A stretch of 33,114 nt of DNA. Source: Basidiobolus ranarum. Lineage: Eukaryota. Positions 1 through 13,004 of this stretch are shown piece by piece. A program made the position numbers and the translations under genes. How positions within the stretch are numbered: position 1 is the first letter of the stretch; every line of letters begins with the position of its first letter. The DNA is taken from NCBI GenBank assembly GCA_040143965.1, contig JASJQH010000078.1, positions 1 through 33,114 on the forward strand, written 5' to 3'. Under the pieces are notes generated by a model. It was not told where the DNA came from and searched no databases. It saw nothing but the letters and a program-made list of their open reading frames with translations.

Positions 1-470
1 CCATTGCCACCTGAGCCGCTGCCAGTGTCATATGCTCCTGCGCCTCCTCCATTACAACCACTTCCTCCTCCGTTACCACCTGAGCCACAACCCTTTCCTA
101 AAGCTCCACCGCCAGGTCCAACACCTCCTCCTCCATTACCACCTGAGCCGCTGCCAGTGTCATATGCTCCAGCGCCTCCACCATTACTACCACTTCCTCC
201 TCCGTTACCCCCTGAGCCACTACCGTTTCCTCCAGCTCCACCACCAGGGCCATACGCTCCTCCTCCATTGCCACCACTTCCTCCTCCGTGACCACCTGAG
301 CCATTGCCACCGCGTCCTCCTCCATGACCGCCTGAGCCGCTGCCTGTGTCATATGCTCCAGCCCCTCCTCCGTTACCACCTGAGCCACCACCATTTCCTC
401 CAGCTCCACCACCAGGGCCATAACCTCCGGCTCCTCCTCCATTTCCAGCTGCATGGTCACTGGTATCATA
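1..470 (-). repeat. Imperfect coding tandem repeats (GAGAYDTGSGSGGNGGG / YGPGGGAGGNG units)
   Basis: Recurrent ccacctgagccgctgccagtgtcatatgctcc and cctcctccgttaccacctgagccac blocks on the + strand. Confidence 0.9.
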
Positions 471-581
471 AGCTCCTACTCCATTACCACCAGCACCACT
501 ATATCCTGACCCAGCGCTACTAGCACTTACGGTACAAGCGGCAGAAACGAAGAACAAAAGAGATGGAGCGGAGAATTTCAT
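1..581 (-). CDS. Secreted glycine-rich repetitive protein (3' end runs off the window)
   Basis: ATG at 581 opens MKFSAPSLLFFVSAACTVSASSAGSGYSGAGGNGVGAYDTSDHAAGNGGGAGGYGPGGGAGGNGGGSGGNGGGAGAYDTGSGSGG..., with no stop before the window edge. It has a signal-peptide-like N-terminus and a TATA-like element near 661-667. It is absent from the ORF track because the stop lies outside the window. Confidence 0.88.
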   Translation of the reverse strand, partial: MKFSAPSLLFFVSAACTVSASSAGSGYSGAGGNGVGAYDTSDHAAGNGGGAGGYGPGGGAGGNGGGSGGNGGGAGAYDTGSGSGGHGGGRGGNGSGGHGGGSGGNGGGAYGPGGGAGGNGSGSGGNGGGSGSNGGGAGAYDTGSGSGGNGGGGVGPGGGALGKGCGSGGNGGGSGCNGGGAGAYDTGSGSGGN

Positions 582-1205
582 GATTAAAGAATAAGCTGTT
601 TAAAGTATCTAGAAGTAGAACTGAACTGAACTGTAAGAATGTAAAAGCAGATAGATGGGTTTATATAGTTTTAGTAAATATTTACCATTATGTTAGTTGA
701 AGTAGTCATTGAGCCACGTAACTTACATTAACTCAATGTGGCTACATATTCATATGTAGGAAGTGAAATAATTTCCCCTCCCCCTTAATCTCATCTCTCC
801 TTAATAAGGGCTAAAGTTTAATTTACATTATTATTAGAATATGGTTCGAACCAAATTTAAATTAACATTTCAATTTATCTCGTTCTGCGTAATCACAAGT
901 TTTAAACGTGTAGATCAAGGTGGATTTTTGAGAATTCTTATAGATCTACAAATTACTATTTGTGTCAATTCTACTGAACACTACCCCCTCATCAAGTGAA
1001 CGTGTGTTATCCACTAATTACTGAGAAACACCGATCATATTGTGTTAGTGAAGCAAATACGTACAAGTATGATTCCATTTATTTACATTGTATTGGATTA
1101 TTCTGGCTTTAGAGTGGGAGTATCAAAAGTTGATGAGAAGAAAGAAAAGCGCAGAGGTATTGTTTGTATATGGATATAATGAGTCGGTTATTAAAATTCT
1201 ATCAT

Positions 1206-3065
1206 TTAGTGGTGACTAAGAACTACTGGTTTCATAAATAATGTAACCAAGAAGGTAACACCTGCTAGGGCGCAGAGTGGAATCAACGCATACTGCAGGG
1301 CTCCAGTATAGGCCTCAACAACAAGCTCACGATATTGAAGGACGACGTATTTTACCTGGGTTGGATCAATGGAGGTGATCTAGAAATTATATTTAGTATA
1401 TGACAAGTTAGATAGGGTAAAACAATGTTAACTTACCCCTAGGTCAGGCACTAGTCTTTGTAGGTTACCAGCCAACACAATATTTAGAACGGTATTTTGA
1501 ACAGGCAACGCAATCGCACCACCGATTGACTGAGCAAAAGCATGCAAACCCGTGATTTGGGGTTGATCTAACAAAAAAATCCATAATTTTAGTAAACTAG
1601 AATGATACTAGTGAATATCAAATGGTTATTACCTTCTTCGCTAACAGCTGATTGAATACCGATAATATAAAGTTCAAAGCATAAACCGCATCCGATACCA
1701 TAAATAGCGAGGTAGCCCAATTCTTGAGCTTGCACAGAATGCATATCCATAGTGGTGATAAGTGCAGTACCAACAACAAGGATAGAGGTGCCCATGACGA
1801 GCCAGGGACGGACTTTTCCACTAAGACTGACGATCCAACCTGCAGCCAATGAAGCGATAAAATTGCACAGTAAAGCAGGTAGGATTTTGATTCCTGAAGT
1901 TGCGGCATTGTTACCATAAACCGCTTGGAAGAACAAGGGGACATAGTAAATTCCACCAAAGTAAACAGCTCCAAATACAACATCTCCGATAAGGCAAACG
2001 CAGATATTTCTTACTTTGAAGAATCTAAATGGCATGATGGGTTCTTTTACATACCGTGGTTCATAAAATATAAATATCCCCAAAAGAACCAAGCCTACAA
2101 TATATAGGGAGATGATGGTGGGACTAGTCCATTGATACTTAGAGCCGCCCCAGTTGGTAGGAATCAAAATGCAAATAATTCCTGCACCTAGCAGGCATGC
2201 ACCAACCCAGTCAATACGCTTAGCTTTGCTCAAAAATGTACCTGGAGTGTGATCAGCGTCAAGGAAATATCCAACAATGAAAATAGTGATTACGGCAAGA
2301 GGAAGTTTAACGTAGAAGGCCCATCTCCATGACAGATTGTCGGAAAGGAAGCCACCTAACAAAGGACCAGTAATAGAGGCAAGTGCAAAAACTCCAGCCA
2401 AGATGCCCATATATTTTCCACGATCACGAATAGGAAAAGTATCTATAAAAGGATGTTAAACGTCTGAGATGTGAAATTAGTGTATCGAGATAATAAAATA
2501 TATTCACCTGAAACGATAATGAATGACAACGAGTAAGTACCGCCACCGCCGATACCAGTGAAAGCTCTGGACAGAATCAGCATCGTCATACTCTGCGAAA
2601 CACCACATAAGACAGTGCCTACGGTGAAGATGCAGAGTGCGGCAAGAACGACAACCTTTCTACCAAAAAGAGTAGCCAACTTTCCGTATAATGGATGAAA
2701 GATGGTCATACTCAGAAGGTAACTAGTGCCAACCCATGATATCGAATCCATGGCATCGAACTCGTTTGCAATATGTGACAGACAAGTAGCCATAATTGTA
2801 TCATCAATGGCACCAAGAAAGAATGTAAACGCTAGACTAAAAGGAATTAAATATAACTCGTTTAGTAAGTCTGATCAATGTATGCGCATTCACAGTACAC
2901 ATACCCAATGAACAGCGAGATCAATTTCCGAAGTGGCATCTCTTTTTTGACGATCCCCGTCTCTTGCTCACCCATCGTCTTCTTCTCCAAGTCTTTAATC
3001 TCATCACCCATTGTCGTCATCTTCTCCAAATCTATCACCTCAGTAGTGAGTGTATTCTCCGACAT
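1206..3065 (-). CDS. MFS drug:H+ antiporter (DHA2/14-TM type), 5 exons
   Basis: Spliced ORF with introns at 2904-2837, ~2507-2444, ~1632-1568 and ~1437-1380. Motifs FLGAIDDTIMAT, WVGTSYLL, YGKLATLFGRK, GPLLGGFLSDNLSWRWAFY, IDWVG and EPIMP are typical of fungal DHA2 transporters. Stop TAA at 1208-1206. Confidence 0.92.
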
Positions 3066-3913
3066 TGTGAAGTGTGTGTATGAATTAATTTAATATCGAC
3101 TGGAATGAGCCTATTTATCTAACTGTATTCGTAGTCTCTGAAAGCCAGTCTATTGGCTAGTTAAATATGGTTTTTTTCAATAGACATCTAGCTCTAGATT
3201 CCCCAAGCATTCGATTAATAAGGCAATTTTCAGTGCAAACAAATATACTTAATCCACTGGGCCTAGAAACTATGGTCAGTGACAAAGAATCGAACCTTAA
3301 ATCACCTGGTTTATTGGACAAGTACCGATTTCTTGGAAAAGGTTCCATTTACTGGCAAAGTCTAGTGCAACTTGAATTGAGTTTTCCCTATACCAGTGCT
3401 ATACAGCTGTTTAATAGCTACTGGTTACCGTTAGAGTCAGAATTGACGGTTCATGTCGAAGCATCTCCACACCATACGAACAGTTTGCGTTGGAACCAAT
3501 AATCACTTTAAGAAAACCGACTCTCTGAATGTAACCATATTTGTCAGAAGATAGCATTCACAATGCTTCCTTTTTCTTAGTTATCATAATCGTTGCACGG
3601 AAATTTCCAAACTGGATTAAAGCATCGACGCAACTGACGTTACCAACAATACATGGCTTGAAACTGGAAGCCACGAGAGTTATCTACCAAATTAAGCCGT
3701 GTCAATGAATGCTACCTAATATAGCCTATCCATTTGGAAGGGAGACAACACTACTGCTGGCCCAAAGAAGGTTCCATTGAGTGATAGAAATCCGAATGTG
3801 AAATTAATTATCACCGGTCCAAATTCTCACTTATCGAATAACTGTGGCCTTTTTTTAGGGCAACAAACGAACTTTTACTTGGATTTCCTTTCTCTTGTCT
3901 ACTGAAGAAATCA

Positions 3914-4988
3914 ATGATTCCACTTAACCGTGAGGACCTGAGTATCAATATTTATGAGGACTCTTTAGTAATGTACGGAACACCTGAAGAGTCCTCTGGT
4001 TGTGTTCTAAGCGGTTACATTCAATTGAATTTATCGGATTTTCTGATAATAAAAGGGATTACTTTGAGGTTTGTTGGCAAAACCGAGATTTTTGCTAGCT
4101 ACAGTAAGTAGTTACAATACTTGAACTAGTGCATGTTCTCATTTAATTAACTCTTTCTCTCTTTTAGAAACTCCTAAGCAAACCTACATACTGATCGACC
4201 GGTGTTTCCCCTTGGTAATACCGAATAAAGACAAGTTCCATCTACCACCAAGCAAGTACCGCTTCAGCTTTGAGATTCCTATCAGTGGTAGACTCCCAGA
4301 GTCTGTTCAAGTTCCAGGTGGACAAATTCAGTATACTTTATTTGCTGAAGTGGAAAAAGTTGGCTTCAGTTTTAATGTTCAAGTTGGAAGAGAAGTTCCC
4401 TTGAAACGTGCACCCCATCCGATGAGTGAATGTTATCTCACCCCCTCAGCAACCTCTATATCCTGGTTTAAAGAGAAAGTGATATGTTGTATGAGTACAG
4501 AAATGCCAGTTTACGACCAACATGAACTATTAATAGTAGAAGTAAAAGTTCGATTTTTAGAAAATATCATCGAAATCAAAAAGATGGAAATCATGCTTGA
4601 AGAAAGTATATCATATCCAACATACGATGGTACTTTAATCACCAATTCGAAGATTATTATGAAAGTAGATCAACTAATATTCGATAAACATGATTCCACC
4701 TACGAAACTTTGACCACTTTAACTATACCAAACACTGCATGTTACGATTCGATCACCAAATATATCAAAGTACGTCATAACATCATTGGGAAGATTTACT
4801 TCAATAATCCGATGTTTAATGAAACCGAACTTCATCTAAACTTACCTATCGTGTTAAGGTCACGGGAGCAATCAGAATTGTTGGAGAAACTACCTTCATA
4901 TAAAGCTGCGGATGAGCCGCCTTCATATACAACAACTGCTTCAAATGATCCATCTTCTAGTTCCCACCCTCTCGAGCCTTCTCCGTAA
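3914..4988 (+). CDS. Alpha-arrestin (ART/Rod1-like ubiquitin ligase adaptor)
   Basis: Exons 3914-4103 and 4168-4988 (intron GTAAGT...TTTAG). Arrestin_N motifs (SSGCVLSG, IKGITLRFVG, YRFSFEIPISGRLPESV, IQYTLFA) and C-terminal LPSY and PPSY PY motifs. Confidence 0.9.
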
Positions 4989-5198
4989 CTTCCTGTGATA
5001 ACCCTCATTTAATCTTTATCATGTAATTAATGTAAACCAATAAGTTGTACAAAGCAATCCACACGCAATGATATATATAATATGTGACCTGAGTGAGAAA
5101 CCATGTTTGAGCTTAATCCATTTAATATAAAAGCGATTTATTTAACAAAGGAATTTCAAAGATGAAGTGAGAACATGAATATTTCATTTACAAGTGAA

Positions 5199-7797
5199 TT
5201 AATTTGTTACTTGGAAAGTATCAGAGTATCCAAAATGTGAGTTGATCTTACCAAAGGCCTTATTAGCTCCGAAGTAACCAATACGATAGAAACCAGCTAG
5301 ATGGTTAAGTTAGTAAATACTCGAGTAACATGCTTAGACCACCACTTACGTTTGGTATTGGATTCAATTTGCCATTGAATAGTTACCGTGCTTTCTGCAA
5401 TGTGCTTGCGCTTCCAGTGGAATTTAGTGGCCCAATCTCCGTCATTTTTGATTATTTTCCAATCATCTGAAGTACGCATTTCAACCGTCAAGAATGTCTC
5501 TTCTAAAGTCACTTTATTTTTAGGATGACCACCCGCGAATTCTACCGAGACAGTCTCGCCAAGTTGATAGGTCTCATTAACATTGTTAAGTACATCTCCA
5601 AACTTTTTCCCAATCGGAGCTGTGTCTAGGAGAACGCCAGATTGAAGATTGATAGCATTGCGTGTAAGATCCGGTGGAGAGATTAGAGAAATGACTGGTT
5701 TGTTTTGAATCATGGCTGTAGCCATCTCTTGATAGAGTTGAATATAGCCTGCTAAAGTGTTAGGACCGTAGATGGTAGAAGCTCCTTCATATCGCTGAAC
5801 CGAATACTCTTCTGGAGTAGCAACATAGCTTGCATAAGTATTTGATGGACCTGCTAATACCACGATTGGATCCTTGATGTCGCTAGTCTCAGCAAATATC
5901 TTTCCAACAGCTTCTCGTAATCGACGTCCACTCATTGTGGTAAACTCGCCAGGAACAACCGCAATCACTAATTGGCCAATTCGTAGGATTTGAATATCAA
6001 CCACTCGGGGCTGCCACATGTAAGGCAGTTTGGTCTCCCCAGTTGCCAGAAGGACTGGTTTAGGAGATTGGCATTTTTTTAGTTCTTCACTTGGTTTGGT
6101 GATAAATGACCGAACTATGTCCCAGAATGGGTGCTTAACTTTTGAATCTCCTTGTTTGAAATCAAACTCTCCTGGCCCTGTACAAAAAAGTAAATCTGTA
6201 AATCAAGAGATAGGAGAGTAAAGGGTCTGAATTAATGAATATACCATCCGTAGTACCGGCAGCAAAGGAATACCCCATCGCTGGTTTGCATAAACCAACA
6301 GTAGAAGTACTGTTAATCTTAACCTGGAGCTTAGTCATATCCACAAACTGATGTCTAAAATCTATAGACCCTTTGATATAGTCTTTGGCTTCATTCATTA
6401 GCTTTTTAGCAGTTTGGTACTGGAAAGCCCCAATGATCCGGGTTGATTCAGTATCACCACCAGTTTCGTATCCAGGTCCCCTAAATTTAGTTGAGCTGTT
6501 AAGTTAAGCAGAAAAACAATGTGGAGCACATAATTACACTACCTAGCTACGCAAAGCTCATTTCGGTCATTGCATGTGCTAGACTTATAATCACAAGGCA
6601 ATCCGGTGTCGAGACAGCGTGGACCTTGAGTATTTGGTGATACATCACCCATATTCGACTGAGCAAATCCTGCAACGAACTTTCCAGTACCAGTCAGGAT
6701 GTCTTCTCCGTTGATTTCTTTCTCTAAGGCGTATGATGCATATCCCTTGTTATCTCCACTGATCAAAAGATTCTCGTTGTTCATGGAGGTGCAATGAACA
6801 GCATACCAATTGAAAATCCCGATAGGTTCACCAGCTTCGTCAGTGAATTTTATCAGTCTCATCTCTTTGTCGGTGTTATGACTATAGCGTGCTCTCTCTG
6901 ACTGAGGATTTTGCTCGTAGGCCCAAGGTGATCTGTTGATATTCCCATTCTCGACATCTCCCGCAGAGGTTGTTATGAAACCAGGTATCATGTTATCATG
7001 AGCCCGTTTAATTGAATTTACAATGCCCTCAACAACTGGACGGGTCGCATCCTCAATAAACCCGAGATTGGTAAATTGATAGAGAACATACTGATGCCAA
7101 CCACCAGGACCACTATGAGTATGGGTGCCAGTAAGCGCCACATTATCATTATTGTATAAATCTCCGTAAAGTGTACGTAACGTCTCGATGACTCGCCGAT
7201 GAATTACTTGAGAGATCATTCCCAAATCAGCCGAGACATATACTATACGTTTTTCCGTTGCCTCCGGATCTCCCACAATGAACGCTGTCAGATTCAGCCA
7301 AGATTTGAGTATGGTGACTTGATTAATTTTGAATGGATCATAAAGTACCTCTAGATCGTAATCTCAAATGAATTCCCGCAGTTTTTTGACTTGCTTTAGC
7401 GTATCCCTAGGGTGGTAGTGTTAGAGCTATACGAATGGAGCAATCATCATTGTATCTCACCATCATATTGATTTCGCCTGTAATGAAATGAAATTGTTGA
7501 GCGTAAAGTTACCATAGGTGTTATATGCTTACAACTTACCTGCGGGACTATCAGAGAAAAAAGGGAAGCACTATTTAAAAAGTCGAACTTAACTTGCACT
7601 ATAATAAGTATTGCAAAAAACAAAACATACCCAGTAATATCTGCATTGCCAACGCCAATCTAGTTTTACCCACAGGAAAAGAGTAAATTAGTCTGCTGAT
7701 TCAAGAATCGGGAAGACATAGAAAAACAAACCAAATAATCCGCTCCAAATGCTGCATTTATAATACTCAGCAATCCTAACACTCTACACCAGAACAT
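5199..7797 (-). CDS. Neutral/alkaline non-lysosomal ceramidase, secreted, about 9 exons
   Basis: Signal peptide MFWCRVLGLLSIINAAFG, then IGVGNADITGPAGEINMMGYA across micro-exons, THTHSGPGG, WYAVHCTSM, the amidase motif GDVSPN, MGYSFAAGTTDG, PGEFTTMSGRR and QRYEGAST. Stop TAA at 5201-5199. Confidence 0.95.
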
Positions 7798-8280
7798 TTC
7801 CAAAAATATTAAGAGCTTGTGAGACAATATATATATATATGGGCCACACTGGGATAACAACGTAGACACGAAGTAACTTTTAAAAGCGTTGACAGTCACT
7901 AGATAAATGAGGTGATGAATAACAAACAGTCAAATAAAAATGTCAAATTTGATTTATAACTCAACCAGATACAGATTGCAATCGCAATCCAATTCAGGGC
8001 AATTGTTATGATACACCCCGCAAGCCAGTCCGCAAGAAACCTGTATGAGGTGAATCATTGCGATCATGCAGTTGGAGCTAGTCATTCACCAGTCATAGCT
8101 ACTCTAAAAGTAACAATCACTTTTCTCACATGATCTAGTTAATATAAATTGGATATATTAGTAATAATCTGGTTATATTCAGTTGAGTTTATTGTGTTCA
8201 GTCAGCATGCAAGTGGAAGCAATAGACAACTCCCATTCATGAAAAGTAACACCACCATGCTTACCAGTTCCCAAACTAGA

Positions 8281-11200
8281 TCATTTTCGCTTTTTGCCAC
8301 GACTAGATTTACTAATAGAAGGGCGCTTGGTCTTGGTTACCTTACGTTTGGTTGAAGGATTCTTACCAACTTTTTTCGGGCAGTTATTTGCAAAGTGCCC
8401 ACTCTGATCAATCCAATTAAATTAATTCTCACCCTTACATTCTATCTGTTGTATACATACCTTATTGCAAGTATAGCATCGGTGGTCACCGCTGGTCCTT
8501 TTGTGAGTAGAATCAGTGCTTTGAGGGCAATTTCTTGCCAAATGGCCGGCCTGAAAATTCATGACGATTATTGTTTATGTCCACTTACAATACGTGTTGA
8601 AGGAGGATTTACCTGATCGCATTTATAACACACAATTGAGGTACCGGAAGAGATGCTACTTGTGCCTCTCTCTGAGATACCGCCTTCATCCTCAAGCCAT
8701 TGAAAGAATGTGCACTTTTGACTGGACTTGGCGCAGGTAAAAAACTTCTTCCCCTTGCTAGGACCTTTTTTTAAAACTGTCTTCAGAGTAGCCATCAAGC
8801 CGCAATCGCATATTGGTTCATTCGAATTTGGAGTGGTATTCGAAACATCACCATCAAATTGCTATGTTTCAACGTCATCACTATAGAATTTACACACAAA
8901 TGGTTCAACCACATAACTTACATTAGTTCGTACAAACTGAAATTCATTATCTTCAGCCCCATGACTGGAGTTGCCATTCTCTGAGCGTAACGGTAATATC
9001 TCATCATCCCACTGGAAAAAATCACATCGCTGGCTTTGTGATTTCGAACAGCCATAAAATTGTCTACCGGTATTTGGTCCCTCTTTACGAACAGTTCTGA
9101 GACTGGCCGAATCCCCACAGGAACACCTAGGGGTGTTGAGATCACCCACGAAGTTACTATGTGAGGATATTCCGAGGTTTGGGTCGTCGTTGTTTCCTTG
9201 TTCATTATGGGCTCGTGTAGATATGAGATTGCTTTGAGATTCATGGGCAATATTGGATGACTATGATTTCGAAGATATAATAAAAAAACTGTTGAATCAT
9301 ATATTGGTACAACTAGAGACTACCATAAATGAGGCATCATCAATCCATTGAAAGAAATCACATCTATCATCACCTTGAGGTTTTATGCAACAAAAGAATT
9401 GTCTTCCTTGATTAACACCCTCTTTTCTAACTGTTCTGCATGCGCTTGCTAGGCCACAATGGCAATTTGGAATTGGCTCTCCTACTGGAAGAGTCTGGAA
9501 GCTGAATGGTAGATTCCCACCTCCTTGTTCACCACCTTCTTCCATTCTTCTCTCTCCTCTTCCGTTACTATTCTATACATTTTAAGAGGAAATGAGTGAG
9601 AAATTTAAATCCAAATGGCATATGTCTTCAAAGTATACTCTAGATACGTGATCAAAACCGTGCTCGTCAGGAAGATGGCCAAAATGCTTAGCTAAAGCCT
9701 AATTGCGAATCAAATTGATAATCAATGGCAAAGTCTTAAAAAGTGTTCATTTTCGGTTCTTCATACCTGTACTAGTTTAAACCATTGATCGTTACTCTTG
9801 ATGAATACCTCTCGATACATGCCAATCCCTTGTCTGATAACAAGCTCTTTAGTCTGCAATCCTTCGCAGATTCGCTTCATATTAATCTCCATCTTGAAGA
9901 TGAGCAAACAGGTGTTAATCTTGTATCAAATAGATATGCTAAAGTCGGTCTAATATACCTCTCTACGAAGAAAAGGTTTTGAGAGCGACATTTCAAAATC
10001 AATTTTATCATATCCTTCTACAAGAGCAATTCCCAGTGTGGACGGAACAAAGTAATTATCTTCTTTGAATGCATATTCACGGTCTAAAACTTTCTTTATA
10101 TGTTCATGGATAGTGGCATCAGTACCTAATGAGATAAATCTACTTAGCAGTTAGTTGGAAAGAGAGAAGGATCCTTGATGTAATACCTATTCCATTTTTA
10201 TCCATAATTGCAATTAAATCAGCTTCAGTAAGAAGCGAAGGAGGACTAGATTTTCCTTCAGACATTTCTAAACTGTCAGGGATAAATTGTTCACTCTCCG
10301 TAAACACTGGAATAGTGTTTCCGTTCCAGTGATCATATGTATAAATTTCTAAATAGTTTCTAGCTATAATCATTAAACCTAAAGAACGAGTAGTAAGTAA
10401 CTCCTCTTTTTGCTAGTTAGCTTAGATCATACCTTTTGTAGTAAAGATTTCATCTGCAATATTTATCTCTACGATAGTTTCATGGCCTTTAGCATTTTCG
10501 GAACAAGCGGCAAGGAATCTTCTGACGATAAACTCGTAAACACCTTTATCATCACCAGTCAGATTTCCCGCCCAAGCTGTAGGATGGATGGGTGGATGCG
10601 CCTTGTCGTTGTTTTTCCCTTTCCGCGGGATGCTAAACTCGCCTTCCATAAGTCTAGAATAACGCTGCTTAGAAAGCGATAATTATAGTAAAACAAGGAT
10701 ATCCATGCTACCTTCGGGCATATGGACCCCATCGCGAGTCATTGGTTTGCTTTTCAATTAGTGGCATTAATTGAAAATTACTCTCAAATTGATCTGTTTC
10801 AGTTCTGGGATAACTTATAAAGCCACGGTTGTAAAGACTTTCCGCAACCTAGAGTATGGTTTCATAATAATGAGATGCCAACTCTTAGCAAATTGTGAAT
10901 AGAAGGTATACCATCATTATTCGATCGGATGTCATTTTAAGAAAGCGGGCACCAGATTTCTGGAGTTCAACTGTGGTGAGTGGCAATGGCTTCCTGTTGT
11001 CGGGTTTATGAGTAATTTATGGTGAATTCATAAAATTCACGGATAAAACTGACCATTTACTAGTAGGTTTTGACCTTACGGAAGCAACACGAGCCTGGGA
11101 ATTCTCGACACATCTCTCATATAAAACAAGGCAAAATAATTGATCGTACAAGCAGGATCTTTTCCATTTGAAAGTAGCAACCCCATCATCTCGATTGACA

Positions 11201-12277
11201 GATACTTCAATCTTCCAGAAATCTTCCGGTACAAAATTCTCCACTCTCAAGAACTGATCGACAATGAATCCCAATGTTGGAAACTGGCAGGGTCCTAAAT
11301 TTGATAACTTGGATTGAGCCAATACCTGAGTACTACCTGAATAAGGGCCAGCTTTGACTTACCATAGCTGATTAACTTTTGATCGAGCTCGTAGAATTGT
11401 GGAGTAAGTTTGAGCGTTTGAAATCGTGTGAAAGCGGCACCGATTCTTAAATCCAGTTCGGTGCGCGCATCAACTGCGTCCACCTGCCTAATGTCCAAGG
11501 TTAATGGATTCTGGCACGCAATGTGAATTTCTCTATTCATAAATAACAGATATCAAAATTATGTTGCAAATGAATTTCTTGAAGCAACTCCTCAAAATAC
11601 CTTCTCATAACTACCGAAAACTTGGCTCTTAGTACACGTATCCTACTATTAACTTTACAACAAATTTCAACGATCTCACTGCCGATGTTCTCGCCTTCTC
11701 TATCACAATCTGTCCAAATCATGAGTACGGAAGCACCGCGTACTTCTCGCTCAAGATTCATTACTATGTCTTTAAAATCCTAGCAAATACAAACATACTC
11801 AGTTTGGATTATAATCAACATGTTTCTAATAACTAATCTATACCGGATTTACTGATTTAAATACTGGCGCTTCAAATAAAGATAACGGTGGGCAAGAATG
11901 CCATTTTTTATGATTCGGTCCAAAGTCTAGGGTCATCAAGTGGCCTAGCAACGAGGTCATAGTGAATTGACATAGTTGTCCGTTATATTTGTATTGAAAA
12001 TCAAAATTTTTGCAATATTTGTTTTTTCCATTTCTCTATATCGGTGCAAAATGGACAGCACAACAGTAATCAATAAAAGTGAAACTAAAATTCTAAAGAC
12101 GGGCCAATGTTCAACCAGTTAACCCATGAGGGAAAAGGCCAAATTTTCGTAACTCAATTACGTTTCTTAAACCCGTAAAAACAATAATTAACTTACGGTA
12201 TGTGCGGCTCCGTTAGACAATATCTGGGCAATACTTTTAGCTATGGAGGGCTTTTCAGCAACACATAATACTTTCAT
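8281..12277 (-). CDS. TOP3: DNA topoisomerase III (TOP3A-type) with 3 GRF zinc fingers and 2 CCHC knuckles, about 16 introns
   Basis: [47 protein letters not shown], the active-site [18 protein letters not shown] and GIGTDAT. The C-terminus has three CxCG...GRxF(F/Y)xC...CxFFQW-type fingers, then [14 protein letters not shown] and [14 protein letters not shown]. Stop TGA at 8283-8281. Confidence 0.96.
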
Positions 12278-12496
12278 TTCTGGAGATCTAAATCGTTAAC
12301 AGTCAAGTATCATTCCAAAAGGATAGCTCTCGGTATTTTTGTTCAACGTTTGTCTTTACGTGGTATAGTTTCTGTTGTCCACTTTATTATATAACTTCGT
12401 ATCTTACTGTCAACTGAGACACTTGAACTCGATATATTTGTATACGTTATAGCACTAATAATTTAAATTATTAGCATTTATTCACAAATATCATGA

Positions 12497-12519
12497 ACGC
12501 GATGTACATTCACGCGTGA
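12497..12519. promoter_or_regulatory. Possible MCB-like elements (ACGCGA, and ACGCGT inside the TCACGCGTGA palindrome)
   Basis: ACGCGT at 12512-12517 and ACGCGA at 12497-12502, about 220-240 nt upstream of the TOP3 ATG. MCB elements mark G1/S DNA-metabolism genes in yeasts; transfer to this lineage is inference. Confidence 0.3.
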
Positions 12520-12521
12520 GG

Positions 12522-13000
12522 TATCAATAAATTATGCAAATCATTTTCACTACGAAGGATTTTGATTATATTGATGATAATTTTTAACCCAGGGATGGTA
12601 TTTACTACCCTTGATATATATCCAAGTTTTTCACATAATATAACCCTATGTTTACGAGAATAGTACACGTATACTTCGTAACAAGTCGACACCTGGGTAA
12701 AAGTAAGTGCTACTAGTATTTGTTTTGTATTAACTCTATATGATGGTAAATACGTAAAAGGTTTGACTACGTTGTAACCGAATACTCTTTGCTCTATCGC
12801 TTATTGGGAACCCAGTAATTCCTTTGTCGTTCGAAATCTTTGCTTTAGACCTAACATTGGCTAACAAGCAGTAAGGCCGGACGTAAATTAACCCGGGATT
12901 TCAAGTTGCCTCTAGTGTGAGTTGTTATCCACGAGTACGACATAGACCTTAATCTTTAATATTGAGATTTCAAGGTAAAGGCGACTCTAAAATAACTAAC
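12522..13000 (+). ncRNA. Highly structured non-coding region of unknown class, upstream of and contiguous with the H/ACA domain
   Basis: Back-to-back helices, most with G-U pairs that favour the + strand: ACCCAGG(12587-93)/CCTGGGT(12692-98), AGTATTTG(12715-22)/CGAATACT(12779-86), TTATTGG/CCAGTAA (12801-18), GAAATCT(12833-39)/GGATTTC(12896-902) and AGTTGCCT(12904-11)/AGGCGACT(12979-86). No credible ORF. Confidence 0.55.
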
Positions 13001-13004
13001 AGTC

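Noticed and set aside
4-523. Pro-rich, His/Leu-rich and Val/Glu-rich ORFs in the track
   Set aside because: They are shadow frames of the minus-strand Gly-rich gene, which has the ATG, signal peptide and TATA-like element.
10695-10702. ATATCCTT on the minus strand, resembling a U12-type donor in TOP3
   Set aside because: It lies inside an ordinary GT-AG intron whose boundaries already restore the frame, and there is no TCCTTAAC branch.
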